A stretch of 46,989 nucleotides of DNA from contig JAMDHS010000126.1 of the NCBI GenBank assembly GCA_029717555.1, positions 1 through 46,989 on the forward strand, written 5' to 3'. A model generated the notes under the pieces. The model worked only from the letters and a program-made list of their open reading frames with translations, searched no databases and was not told the origin of the DNA. This DNA is from Peribolospora baueri. Taxonomy: Eukaryota. Position numbers and translations under genes: made by a program. The first letter of the stretch is position 1. Every line of letters starts with the position of its first letter. Positions 23,026 to 36,493 of this stretch are shown piece by piece.

Positions 23026-24345
23026 CCCTCGCTCCCCCTCCTTTCTGGTCTAGGCCACGCGAGGCGCTATTGCTGATAAGAACGGCGCACGCAACACACG
23101 CTTGCGCGCTCCGTGCTATACGCCACTTCCGCCTCCCGTGCCTTACATCCCCCATCCTCCCTCGACTCGACCCGCGGGTCCAAGTGGGAGGAACGGACGA
23201 ACGACGCCACGCGGCCATCGACCCGCGCCCCTCCCCGCGTGCCCTCTCCGGCGTCCTTGGTCCCGCCCGCTCTTTCTGTCCGTCTGACTGGCTATTTCTT
23301 TCTCTCTTCTTCCGACGGGGCCCCGCTGGCGCTCGCAAGCGGACAAAAAGCGAGGCAGGACTGGACCCGGAGCGAATGACGAAAGGGCAGGGCGACGGGA
23401 AGGGAAGGGAAGGGAGGAGAGCAGAGGAGAAGAACACGGTAGCGCCAATGCACAATGCCTTTTGCTCGGGGCGCGGGCACCGCGACGGAAGCAACGGCGC
23501 GGGTGCAGAATGGGTCGAGCTGAGATAGGCGGCCAGGGACGGACACGGACGGAGGGAGGGACGGACGGGAAGAGGTAAGTCAGCGGGATGGAGCTAGCTG
23601 GGCCAACCAGGTCGTACACGGATTCCAGAAACGGCGTCTGCGATATCTTTCAACACCTCGCACAACCGGCCCGCGGCCCACGGCATTTGACTCCTCTGTG
23701 CCAGTCAGCAACCGCCCCCCGCGCGTTCGCTCGCTATCTCGAGGCGCCGTCGCCGATGGGGACGGGCTCGAGATACAAGATAGATATAAAAACAGCAAAA
23801 GCATGTTGCTCGCCGTCACGTGGCGCCACGTGATGCGGCGCGTGCCACGCCTGTTGTGTCCAGCTGATCAGAAGGCACACGGAATGCGTCCATGCATGCG
23901 AACCCCACCCCGCCGGGCCGGACGGGAACGGCGGGACCATCAGCAGCAGCAGCAGCAGCGGCAAGCCAACCAACGGCGTTCTCCCTCCGCCTCCCCGAGT
24001 AGCGGTCTCGCTAGCGCACTCACAGAGACCGACCAGACCAGGCTGAACGACGACCCCATGGACACGAACCGACAAGGGGAAGAGACTCTAGACACCGAAC
24101 ACGGCGTCTCTACTCGCCCTCCTTGCCCACCCGCCGTCAGCTTGCAACACAAACGAACCACGCTCAGTCAGGCGACAAGGTCGGGTCGAGTCGAGTCGAC
24201 CCGCGGGGGAACGTACGGCAATACATACACGACCTCTGCAGGTGCACGGCGGCGCCCCCACCCACCCACCTATCCACCCACCTGCAGAGCAACTGCGGCC
24301 TCAGTCTGTTTGTCCTGTACCGTGCGTGCGTGCGGTAAAAAGCCA

Positions 24346-25604
24346 TGTTGAAAGACAGGGTTGAAAACCGGGGAAGACGGGGAAAGATGGATTTCAGGGG
24401 ATACCCAAGAAGAGGAGATATCGACAGGATTCGCAGAGAAGAGAGGATGCGATGGTCATGGTTATCCGGATCTCCAGAGTCGCCAATGCAGAAGCGAAAG
24501 GGGGATCAATTCCACATTACTGGCCAGATACCAGATTACACGCCGTTGACGCCAGACTTTTCTCCCTCCTCCCAGTCGTCCATCCGAGCATTTTTTCGCC
24601 TTGGGTTTTGTTGGGGCAAGTGCATGTCTGATGGCCGGGCTGCCCACAGTATAGACGACGGTCTTCCTGCGCGCGGCGGAGGCCTTACGTTGGTCTGGGA
24701 TGCCGATTCAGGTCTTCCAGGCCGAGCGGCTGGAGACGGTTTTGGACTTTGGTACGGATGTTCTCCTGGAGACCGCGCTCGAAGCGGCCAACAAGCAAGT
24801 GCCCAATATTCGTCTGAGAGGGAAGGCGACATAAATGCGGATCAGGAGGGGCCCTGAAATTCGGCAATCTACTCGTCCATCGAACCGGTCTGGGCATAGG
24901 CTGTACCATTCATTGATTGAAAAGACGTCTGGTTCTGGCCCTTGCCAATCCGGCGAAAGTCGGTACGAAGCGCTCGTTCAAAGTTGCTCCAAGAGTCGAA
25001 TAGGGGCGCCCGCTGTCTGAGCTCTCAATTCAACACAGGTATCACGTTTCGACGTAACCGGTTAGAAAGGAGGCGGCCCATTCGACTTTGGGTCTTGGTC
25101 AGAGGGAAAAAGGCACTCCGGAAAGAGCCTGAAGACTCATCCGATCCTCTGCATGGAAGACGAGAACTCGTCAGGGTTGCCGCTGAGCGTGTTGATTCGT
25201 CGTATCTAGTGGTCGATGTTAACGAGGCTGTCCGTGGAAGGGGGGTTTTCCGGAGCCCGGCCTTCATACGCTCTCCAAGTCAGCGGTAGGCAGCTGTATG
25301 ATTACCCTCTGTCTACGGGGTAGGAGCCGCGTGGGAGTCATTACTGAGCGGCGATTTCATAATAGGCAGATAATGTGGAATCATGTCAAAGCTCAAAGAC
25401 CGAGGGGAAAAAAAAAGCAGGGCGGGAAGAAGGGGACGTGCCTGCCTTGCTTCCAGATGCAAAGTCTATGTTGAAAGATAAGCTTGAACCCGAGGAAGAT
25501 GGGAGATAGATTTGAGGGGATACCAGTGTAGAGGGAATAAGGATGTAGAGGAGCCGAGAGAGTAGGTATATCGACAGGATTCGCAGAGAAAAGAGGAAGC
25601 AATG
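24346..25604. mobile_element. Degenerate element bounded by direct repeats beginning TGTTGAAAGA (LTR-like relic)
   Basis: 24346-~24454 aligns with 25469-~25604, including a 23-bp identical core ATATCGACAGGATTCGCAGAGAA; the segment looks less GC-rich than its flanks; no intact ORF. Confidence 0.55.
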
Positions 25605-27141
25605 ATGCCCCTTCTCTGTTCCCTCTGCAACGGTTACAAGGTGCTTACCGCAGTGCAGGCTTCACATGGACAACGCTAACCCCGCGGCTCAGAACAGCGT
25701 AACTGACATACGGCGGTTTTTGTGGTCACAGCGGTGTAGACAGACGCACCTCGGCGCTGAACCCGTCCCTTCGCCCGCCCGCCGTCTTCGCTCCTAGTAT
25801 TAGTGTGTTTCTGGAGACGCCCGTTCGCGAGCCTCTCCGGCGCACACCGTCGTTCGTGTCTGTCCGAGATCGAGCGTGCCGAGGAGAGGCTGAACGAATG
25901 CGAAGGCGAAAGAGAGGCGCTCGTGCATTCTTCGGGAAGAACGGAGGGAGAAGGGAAAGGGAGAGGGAGGTTGATGAAAGATGAAAGCCAAGGCGGAAGG
26001 AAGAGGAGGTTGGAAAGGGAAAGGAACGACCGTCGAAACCTTGCCTTGGACCTTGGCTGTCTGTCGTGCGATTGTCACACGTACCTTCGTGCCGCTCGAG
26101 AGACGTCGCGGGGAAGGGATGACGACGCTGCGACGATACCCAATTTTTCCAGTCCAGTCTCCCGCACGCAGACCATCCGTCTGTCATATGAAATTGCAGC
26201 GCACAACTTTTCCTCCCTCCTCCTCGGAACGGTTTGTTTTCGCCGACGACTTGGCACTACGGATTTGCGACGGCGAGGGGTCACGTACGATCGACGAGCC
26301 GGGTCGAAAAAATCGACCGACCAAAGAGGACGGACGTCGTATTTCAAGCAAAGCGACCGCCGAACGCGACGAGGGAGGAAGCGACGCGAGCGGCCTCGTC
26401 CGCCCGCCCAAGCGTCGCTCCGAGTAGGGATTCGTTGAAGACGACAATGCGGGTGGAAGAGAAAAAAAATCCGAACGCCCAACGCAAAGAGCGAGGGAAA
26501 ACTGATGTAGCAGGACCGCCGGTTATTCTGGCCAACCTCGGACGGGGCAGCACGGGACAAGGCAGGACAGGTCGTCGAGCTACAGAACGGCGAGAACGGG
26601 TAAGGGAAGCAAGGACTTTCAGAGGGAAGAACGGGGACCGACGCACGGCGTGCGGGGTATATCAGGGGCTCGTAAAGGGTATATGAAATAACAGAGGAGG
26701 GGGAGCGCAACACGACACGACACTAGTACACCAAAAGACCGTCAGAGACGCCTGAGCAGGAGCATAGGGCCACCTGCGATAGCATATCAACGTCGGAAGA
26801 CGGACAGGACGAGAGACGACGGAACGAGGGCAAAAGGCCCGTCACAGACTTGAGCGCGGGAAAATGACGATGTCGAAAAGCGAGTCAAGGATGGAGACGA
26901 GAGAGAAGATAGAAAGGGACTAAAAGTACGTGACGTATGAGCCGCTCAAAACACAGACACTTCAGACGGCTGCAACTAGCCAGCACGGACGGGAGCGGCG
27001 TTGAATAGAGGGTTCACCCACGCCCAGCGCCACCACCACCCGACATCCTCATCAGAGCAAGCAGATAGCGCAAACTTGACGGATGGCCGAGGGCCGACGC
27101 GCGACCAGCCGAGACGACCACAGTCCAGCCCTCCCTCCCCT

Positions 27142-29396
27142 TTACTCAACGCTGCCCTCGCCCCCGCCCCCGTCGATGCCAGCCAACCTCTCCCCGAGCC
27201 TCCTCCTAAAGTTGGCCACCCACAGCTCAGTAGGCTCAAACTCGCCCGACCTGTAGCCGAGCTTCCTGGCCACTTCCATCGCCTCGAGGCGGATGAACTC
27301 GTCGAAACCGACCGGAAGCTCTGCATCCGGCTTACGAGCGTCAGCGTTGGCGGTGTGGTCCGGGTGGGCGGGGCCGTCGGGATGGTGGTAGTGGATGGGC
27401 AAGCGCGAAGCGGGGTCGGGTAAAGAGCGGAGGGGTGGACTCGGCGGGGACAGCGAAGGAAGACGGTGATCCTCCGCTTCGACATAGCGCATGGCCGAGA
27501 TCCGAGGTAGCATTGTCGAGGTGGGATCGTAGCAGCAAGAGCAGGTCGAGACGCTAGGGCGGCCGAGGGGGGGCAGTCGGTAGCGGTGCTCGTGAGGGGA
27601 GGTCGACTGGGCGGGTAAGGGGGGATAAGGGTATGGTTCGGTAGAGATGGAGGTGGGCGAGGAGAAAGAGAAGGAAGTGCCGAAGGAGGAGGAGGAGGGG
27701 CGCGAGTCGTAGGACGACGGAGGGCTCTGGTCGACAGGACTGCGCTCCGGGCGGGAGTGGTAGTGGTAGTTGGCCTCCACGCCTCGGCCGGAGGGGTATC
27801 GTTCCATGGGCACAGGCTCGAGCACAAATCCAGGGCGAGACGCAGAAGGCGGCGGGACTGGAAGCATAGGAGGGAGAGGTGGTTGGGACACCGGGAGGGG
27901 AGGAGGAGACGGGAGGGTGGACGTGCCCGTTTCAGGAGCGCGATCGAGCTCCAAAGGGAAAGTGGTGTGTCGTCGAACGGCGTCGTCATCAGGACGGAGG
28001 TAAGTGCGCCAACGGATGTTCAACTTTGCCTGCTCGTCCCTACCCAACTTGAGCCACTTTTCCTTGTCCTTGAGTAGCCTGCTGACAGTCGTTTCAGTCG
28101 TGCCGTACAACGCGGCGATCTGCTTCTGCCGCACGGTCGGATTGTCGATCTGAAAGGCGCAGATCGAGTACCGTTCATAGTCCGTCAGAGGCTGCCTCTT
28201 GAAGGCCGGCTTGGCCCGAAAACGAGCGGTCCCACGGCCCGCGGCGGAAGAAGTGGACGAGCGGCCGGGACGGAGAGGCCGGGGGGACAAATTTGGGGGT
28301 GCTCCAATCATGAGTGTGCTCGTAAACGAGGCGGTAGAGCGATGACGTTTCTGACACGCCAAAGGGGCCCCACGACCGTCGAATTCCGCGTCGCTGGCAC
28401 TTCGTCGACGGGTCCTTGCAGTCACTCCGTTCTCGTCGTCGCCGCTGTCTCCACTCTGTGCAGAGGTAGAGCTAGAGGCACGACGGGCGGACGAGTTGGA
28501 AAGGCAGGGCGAGTCCAAGCCGGGCGGCGGGTTTGGAATCGTCGGTTCCCCGGGTATCTGCGGGGGTTGCCAGGAGGGGCAGGTGAGATTGACGTGTCGC
28601 GTCTCATCAAAGACGTGCGTATATGCGCAAAGTTTCGGCGACGCGTCGGGTTGTGGGATCGACTCACCTGCAGCCACTTGTCGCGGTACTTTAAGATATG
28701 CGAGATGGTCGGCTGGCCGGTGTTGAACAGCGCAGCAATCTGGCCAGCGCGGGGCGCGGCAACAGGAGGGTGACGTTGACGGAGAGAATGAGAAAACACG
28801 GTTGGGTGCGGTGCGGCGCGTCGCAACGGAAAAGACCCGACTTGACTCACCTTGTACTGAGACGCGTCAGGGTGTCGCATGCGATAAACAACGATGCCTT
28901 TGCGCTCGAGGTCGGTGAGATAGGGGCGTCGAGCGTGGACTTGAGCGAAATCGGACGAGGTTGGACTGGGCGCGAGGCCAGGGGTAGGAGGAAGAGCGGC
29001 GGGCGAGGCGAAGATGGGCTCGGTGGGCGAAAGGCCGGGGAGGGGTGCGAGAATACGATCCGAGAGGAGGGCGAATTGGGGCGAGGGAAGCGAGGGAGGG
29101 GAGGGAGGTGGCGAAGAAAGGGTAGACCGCATGTCAGACGAATGTGGCTGAAGGTGGACAGGGAAGAGAGGGGGACCGTGATGGGGAACGGGAAAAGGGG
29201 CCGGTTCGGGGCGTTGCGAGCGATGGGGGGTGTTTAAATCGACGAGACTTGCGCAGTGGATGGAGGAGGCGGATGTGGCGTGGAGGGCAGGGAGGAGGGA
29301 TGGAGAGCGAGAGCGAGAGGGGGAAAGAGATGGAGAGAGGGAAAGAGATGGCGATGGAGAGCGAGAGCGGGAGAGGGTTGTGCAGTGATGGGCCAT
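27142..29396 (-). CDS. CENP-B/pogo(Tc5)-type DNA-binding protein: two CENP-B_N/psq-like HTHs and a Tc5-HTH-like C-terminus, no DDE domain
   Basis: HTH1 RRPYLTDLERKGIVVYRMRHPDASQYK|IAALFNTGQPTISHILKYRDKWL; HTH2 KRQPLTDYERYSICAFQIDNPTVRQKQIAALYGTTETTVSRLLKDKEKWL; C-terminal DEFIRLEAMEVARKLG..FEPTELWVANFRRRLG; phase-0 introns 28850-28740 and 28667-28558; start codon uncertain. Confidence 0.8.
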
Positions 29397-32300
29397 CGGA
29401 AACCAAGCGCAAAGAAAGCAACTCGAGCCGGTCGGAGGTGGCGAGGAAAGGAGGGAGGGAAAGGAGGGAGCGAGGGAGCGAGCGACCGACCGACCGACCG
29501 ACCGACCGGACAACCAACCAGCGCGCGGGGTCGTCTATCTCGGGCAGGCCAAACGGATGGGTCGCGCCTGTGCCGTCCGAGTGGATTCGGAGAAGGAGCC
29601 GAGGATGGGGGATCGAGCGAGACGACGTCGTGCGTAGCTGGTGCGCTCTCTTGCTCGAACGAGGCGACGACGCGGGACGAGGGGATGGACGGGGGTGGGG
29701 TATATCGTCGGCTCGCTGATGGATGGGCGTTGGTTTGAAACGAGGGCCCAAGGGGACGAATCGAGCCGCTCCGTGGTGGGAAAGGAAAGGAAAGGATCGA
29801 GTCCACCACCTTGACCGTCCCCCACTACCGGACTTGACTGGCCGGTCGCGATCCTGTGCAACTCCGTCCCGTCCGTGCCGCGAATGCCTTGCCGTCGTCG
29901 CGTGTGATCTCGGCGGCGGCGACGCGGGCGAGCGAGGAGCGAGGAGCGAGCAAGTCTAGGATGCTGGCACGCGTCGGAGAGAGCGGGAGGGGGAGGACCA
30001 GGACTACTATAGCTGAGTTGCACCCACTAAGCAACACGAGTACGAATGCACGCTCGGAGATTCTGGCGGGCGGGCGGGCGAGCGGGGAGCGAGGGGGCCA
30101 GAGCGCGAATAGCTAGGAGCGGAGCGGTGGCGAGCCGAGGAGAGGCGGGAGAATGAAGAGGAGAGCAGAGGAAAAAAGAGGAAAGGAGATGAAAGAGGAA
30201 AACGGAAAAAGTAGGGAAAAGAGAAGGGGATGGTTAGGGTGGTGCCGGACAGACAGACAGACGCACGCAATCTCGTCCCAACTTGCCATCTCCCTCCTTT
30301 CCGCCTCTCAACGTTCAAGCTAGGTCGAGACCGGGCGTCGGCGGGACCGGCATAGAGACGAGTGTGGGCGGCGACGGCGAGCGAGCGAGAGCGATCAAGG
30401 TGGTTGATTGCTGAGAAGACGGGAATGAGAGCGAGATGGCTTAGGGGGATGTGGGTGAATGGCCGCGGGCCGTGAGTGCATCGACCGGAGCGTTGCCGAG
30501 GCTGCATGTGTGTGTGTGTTGTGCGGGGTGTGGGTGCCCACGATTGCGCGGTGGAGCGCAAGGCTGAATGAAGGAAGACAGAGGGGAAGGGGCGAAAAAC
30601 ACGCGTGACCTTTGGACAACCACCGTCGTCACATCTGCTCTGCGGGAAACCTTGGTGTTGTCTCCTCATCTTGGAGAGTCGCTTTCCTTTCTCCTCGTCG
30701 ACTTGGCGTTCCTCCTTTCTTTCACACCTCCCCTTTTCGAGCTCACACACCCTCTCTCTCTCTTCGACGAAGACGGAGACCGGACGATGTGTGAGATCGA
30801 GTCTAGGACGCGGGGGTGGCAAACACATTAGATAGAGAACCCTGACCTGGACTGTAAACTAAGGGCGGGGCCGGGGCCGGGCCCAAGCGCTGGGCTCCGG
30901 GCGCCGTCCGGGCGAGGAAGGTGGAAGCGGAGGGTAGCCAGCCAAGGAGAGCGAGGGTACGAAGGGGAGCGGCGAGCGTCCAACTCGACTCGATTCGGTT
31001 CGACTCATGATTGGCTCATGCGTCATCTCTTGGTCGAACGTCGGCGACCGTGTCTCGCGACGGCCACGTCCATCGGCATCGGCATCTGTACGGATCGAAC
31101 CGATGATGGGCGTTGCAATTGCGACTAGCTATTGTCTGCGAGCGTGTCAGATGCCCGAGCGGGGTCCACGCGGTCGGCGACAACGGTCGGTCAATCGGTC
31201 GGTCGGTCGATCGATCGGTCGGCCGGTTGGTCATTGTCCTCGGCCCCTCGTGTTCATCATCCCCAGTCGTTTCCCTTGGCGCCCTGGCCTCGCCGCGAAG
31301 GGGAGGGAGGATAGAAACGTAGGGGGGGTGGGCCGGTTCGGTGGATCGAGTGGCCGACGACGACGACAACGACAACGACAACGACGACGTCGATGCTGCT
31401 GATGATGATGACGTCCAGTCGTTGTCCACGGCCCGTGCTCGCGTCTGTTTCCGTCTGCAGTTTCGTCGTTCTCCCGTCAGCGCGGTATCAGACCTTGACA
31501 AGCCCAAAGCCGTTCCTGCGGTGCCGTTTGAAATACACATGTATACACACATACATACATGTGCTGCACGCGTGTAGTGGCCTAGGGCCGGAGCCGTCTG
31601 GCCAATATCATATCTCCGCTCTCTTCAGTCGCCCCCCCGCCCCTTCTTATTTAGCCTGCGAACGAGGCCGCAACGCAGTCCACCTTCTCGTTCCCTGCGC
31701 TGCCGCAGCCGTTCAACAAGACGAAGGACGGACAGGGTCTGGTCTGGGGAGGAGGAGGGAGAGAGCGACGACCAGCCGGGCCCACTCGCGCATATCATTC
31801 TCTCATCTCTCTCCGCCTCACACATATCTCGCTGTGCCCGCACCGTCACTTCGCTTCCGGCTGCCCTTTGAGAGATAGAGATAGCATATGGTGCGATCCG
31901 CGGTCCCTCTCCCTCCTCCTCCCGCGACCCCGCGTCTGCTTGCTTTGCCCTCTCCTCCTGCCTCCTGACGTCGAATCGGGGAAGAAAAAGAAAAAAAAAA
32001 ACACGCGCGTCGGCGTCGCCTCGGGACGTCTCGGTCTCGCTTCCGCTCGCTCGCCGCATCGCGACGCGTCGTGGAGAGAGGAAGGAAGAAGGAGGGAGAG
32101 TGGATGGAGGGAGGAGACGGAGAGGAAGGAAGATGGGAGCGGACGCAAAGACCGAAGAGCCAAGCCGCTCTCGTCCCTCGGCTTTTCTCCGTCTTGCCTT
32201 CCTTTCTCTGCTGCCCCTCGTCTTCTTCTTTGCCCGTCACCGTACGCGCCCGCTCGACCTCGGCCCGGCTCACGATTTCATTTCTTGCCCTGTTTCACGT

Positions 32301-34168
32301 CACCGGCCTCGCATGCGCGGGCGTCGGATGTCGAGCGTGCAAGCAACGAACGGCAAGCGACAACAAGCCCGACGTCATACCGACGCCCTTCCTCCGTTCC
32401 GGTTTCTCCTCCTCATTTCGCTCCCCTCGTCCCGACCACGTGCGCGAGGCGAGGCGAGGCGAGCCGAGCCAAGACGAGCCAAGGCGAGCCAAGGCGACAG
32501 AGACCGCCGACAGAGATCGGTGTGACGCACCGGTTTATCGCACTCGTCGCCCCATCCATCGTTCATCCCCCAGCGCTCCCCCTTCCTTGTCCATACCGCT
32601 GCGTCGGTCTCACGTTCGTCCCAAGTGCGGCCCAGCACCCCCCAAACTCTATCCCCGCGCGTCGAACGAGGGGACGAACGAGGGTCGGCCATTCGTAGGT
32701 AGCCATATCCCATAACCAACATCGCACCACCTCCGCTTCACGCTCATTTCTACCCTTGCTTACTCTTCTTGCCTCGCGTCACGCTAACCGTGGAGCCGAG
32801 CCCTGCGCACGTCCCACCGTTGTACAAGCAACGCCAGTCGGCCAGCCGTTCCCATATTTCCATGTTCACATGCGCCCTCTCTCTCTCCCTTCCCACCTTG
32901 TCCTTCGCAGAGGCATCCCCACCAGTCGAGTCGAAATCCCGGCATGGCCCTGAGAGCGCCCTTCTACCGCCGGCTACACCCCGGACAATGCCCGCGACGA
33001 CCGACGGCGAGCTCGACCAGCCGGCCCTCGGCTAGCGCTTCCTTCCTCCACCAGTGGTGGAGTGGCCGGCGTCCGCCACTTCCTTGGACGCACACCGTGC
33101 TGGTCACGAGTCCGCGCTTGCTTGCCGAGTCGCGCCGTGTTGTGTCGTGTTGTGTCGTATCATATCGGGTGTCGCCCGCTGCACGGCGTTGAGCACTTAC
33201 ATGCCCACTGACGGACCCGACAATCCTACTCTGTGCTCATGACTTCTAATCCGCGCCTGCGCCGACCGTCACATGTGTCCGTCCGTAACATGCCCCCCTC
33301 CATCTCCTCGTCCTTCCCTCGTCGTCGCTCCAAACCGGTCCTCGCTTCGGGTCGTGTTACCGCTCTCAGGTCACCCTTTTCACTCAAGCTCGGTACATCC
33401 GAGTTCGACCCCCGGGCGATGGCGATGGGGTCACACCTGCTTGACCTCCCAGCCGGCCGGCCGTCGTTATCCTTGTTCCTTGTTCCGACGTCGAATCGAT
33501 GTCGACGCGAGAAGCGAATGGATGGACGGACGGATGAACGTGGACGGGCCGCCTCTCCATGTGCATTTCGACGACCGTGCCCAGGTCCACGTCCGATCCG
33601 CCTTGCTCATATCCCCAGCACACTCTTTCGCTCTGGTCCGTGACGGCGACGACCCGACCGCGAGCGATCCGAGGATGCCCCCGTCCCATCGCTGCTCGCG
33701 CCGCAGGACGTACGTTACGCACAGCACAGCATAGCATGCAGAGCAACACACGTACAGTACGCACATGTGTCGCGTCGGAAAGCTCCGCGTCCAAAGCCCA
33801 GCCCAGCCCTCCGCCGGTGTCACCCGGACTGTGCCCGGCTATCTACGACCCGCGCCGCGGTAGCAGCGTCCGTGTAGATCACACGTGCTACAGGACCGAG
33901 CGCAAGTGAATGAGCCTCGCCTGAACCGGAAAGGCTTGGCCTGATCTTCTTTTCGCATTCCGTACTCCCACGAGCGGCGCCTCCCTCTCTCTCTTTCTTT
34001 CTTCGGCCGCCTTCCACTCTACGGTACAAGATGCGAGACGCTGGATGGGTCCTTTCACTCTAGGCTCCCGCCTTTTCCGAAGCGCCACCACCATCACCAC
34101 CGCCACCATCCCTCTCTCCCACCGAGGACGCTGGCGTCGGCCTGATCTTCCCTTTTCCCCATCCGTCC

Positions 34169-36282
34169 TCACAGATCCTTCACACTGCGCTGAGCACGGC
34201 ACGCGTCCAGGGCGGCGAGGCGCTCGGCAAGGTGAGGATGCGAGTGGTGGTAGACCGAGTAGAGCCAGTCGTAGTGGAACGTGCTCAGGTTCTGCAGGTG
34301 CAGCTTCACCAGCGCTTGGCCCAGCAGCCGGCCGTAGTTCTTGTCCGCCTCCACCTCCGTCGACTTTTCTTCTTCTTCTTCTTCCGTAGCCGGGCTGCGT
34401 GCGCCGGTTCGCGTTCCGCGGTTGTTCAAAATTGCGCGGTCAGCGGCGACGTCACTCATCTCAGACCACCAGGTAGGGTAGGGTCCCCCCGGAAAGGGAT
34501 CGACGGAGACGTACCGAGGACACTCCACCGCGAATCGGTCCGCCGCGTACTCCATCCTCCTCACCGCCCCGTTCACTCCAAACTTGACCAGCGCATCCAT
34601 CGGCCCGAGGACGAGCTGGAAGAGCTCGATGCCGACCATGAGCGGCAAGCCCGTTCCCTTGTCGCCGAAGCCGAAGGCCCGATAGAGGGAGCCATTGTGG
34701 ATGAAGAGCGTGAAGACGGACATGGTGAAGAAAATCTGAACCTGGGACAGTGCGATCAACTTGACGGGATCCGCGTGCGCCCAGTGCCCCAGTTCGTGTG
34801 CTGTGTCGGTCAAGAGAGAGAGATGGGAACGCCGTCAGGCGTTCGGTCAGCCTGTCTGTCGGGAACCATGGCCTCGCACGCACGCAACGACGGCGGGCCA
34901 CCTACCGAGGACGGCCTCGATCTCTGGCACGCTTTGCTTCTCGATCAAAGTGTCGTAAATGACGATGTGCTTGCTCCACGGCAACACGCCAAAGCTGAAC
35001 GACGACCCACGATCAGCGCCCGTGCAGCCGGTGAGGTCCGGACGACGGTCAGCGAAAGGGAACGTACAAGTAGGCGTTGCTGTGAGCGCTGCGCCGACTG
35101 CCATCGATCATGTAGAGGTGCTTCAAAGGGAACTTGATGCTCCCGGCGAGCTTGTAAACGCGCTCCCGCAATGCGCCTTCGGGGAGGGGCGTAAACTTGT
35201 TGAAAAGCGGCTGGATGACGGTGGGTATAAGGATGGTCGCCAGGAGCTGGAACGCGAGGCTGGAAAAGGGGAAGGAGCGGTCAATGGGACGCCGACATGA
35301 GATATCCCCCCCCCCAGGGGGGAAAGCTTCGATCAAGGTCGTAAGACGCACAAAAAGCCAACGACGTAGGCAACAAAGTTGTCTCCCGCCCATCGAATGA
35401 TCCACAGCAAGGCAGCGATAAAAGGTCCGCCAAGCACGAAACCGACGAGCCATCCCTTGAAAAGGTCCAGAATCCAGGTTTGTAGAGTAGTCTTGTTAAA
35501 TCCGTGCTTTTCCTCCAAAACAAAAGTGTAATAAAGTGAGAGGGGGAGCATGCAGAGCTCGAGAACGAGGTATTGCATCGCGGCGTAGACGAGCGATTGG
35601 AGAATCTGAAGGGCGCAATAAAATGAAAGAGGGCCAGACGAGACGTTGGCCATGTCCACCAAACGTGGTCCAGCGACGGCCAGTCCGAAATAGTCGTGAA
35701 CGCTCGCTCGTGTGCGAAAGGAGAGGAAGGAGAGCTCACCTCGTAACCCCCAAATCCGAACCTGTCCAACACCGCCCCGGCGACCGTCCAGACGCGCACG
35801 TACACATCAAACTGCACGATCGCCCATGTGATCAGCTGCGATACAAGGGACTTTACTAGCGCATACTGCGCCTTGTCCTTTCCGTACGCCTGCGACTTTT
35901 TGAACGTCTCCGCGTCGACGTGGCGCTCGAGCGTCGGGGGAGGGCTCTTGCGAGAATAGAGGGGGTATTGGCGAAGGCTGCGAGGGGGACCGGTTAAGAG
36001 GCCACACGGTCATTCTCCACGTGTATAAAGAAGAAGGACGGCCTGGAAGCTCGAGCGCTCACCTGATGTACGCTGGTGGTTCACGGCGAGTCGAGAGAGT
36101 TGGAATACGAACGTGAGCGCGAAGGGCGAAGAAAGGGCGTGGCGACCGCGTTCGGCCCGGTGAAGCTCACTCTCAAAAGCCCAGCTCGCCCAAAGACCGG
36201 TGACGACGACCTGCTTCCAGGGGATGGAATCGTTGTCCAGCGCTCTTTCGAGCTGGTTCACGCTTGCTTTGAACGTCTCCAT
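34169..36282 (-). CDS. STE24: CAAX prenyl protease Ste24 (peptidase M48)
   Basis: LEEKHGFNKTT, IQPLFNKFTPL, IDGSRRSAHSNAYFFG, zinc motif AVLAHELGHW, EYAADRFA, NLS..DWLYS.YHHSHP.L.ERL; includes a 10-nt exon at 36063-36072. Confidence 0.95.
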
Positions 36283-36493
36283 GGTGGTCGCTTAAGAAAA
36301 GCTGGCCTCTGCCACGCCCGTGTTTCGATCACGCTTTCTTCGAGCCACGTGGCACATGCATGCCTCACCCCAAGTCCACGCCGTCGACACCTACTTATTG
36401 CGTGAGTGGAACGAGTTGGGCCAACGTGTGCAGACGACCGCCTTCATCGAACGTGTATTCTATTCGTACATCGACATGCTTTTACACCCCATC

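Noticed and set aside
23070..23790. GATA nitrogen-regulation sites upstream of the permease
   Set aside because: One GATAAG and a few scattered GATA words cannot be distinguished from chance.
30985..31010. GGTTCGACTC B-box, possible tRNA
   Set aside because: No cloverleaf stems; it is part of a CTCGA-type simple repeat.
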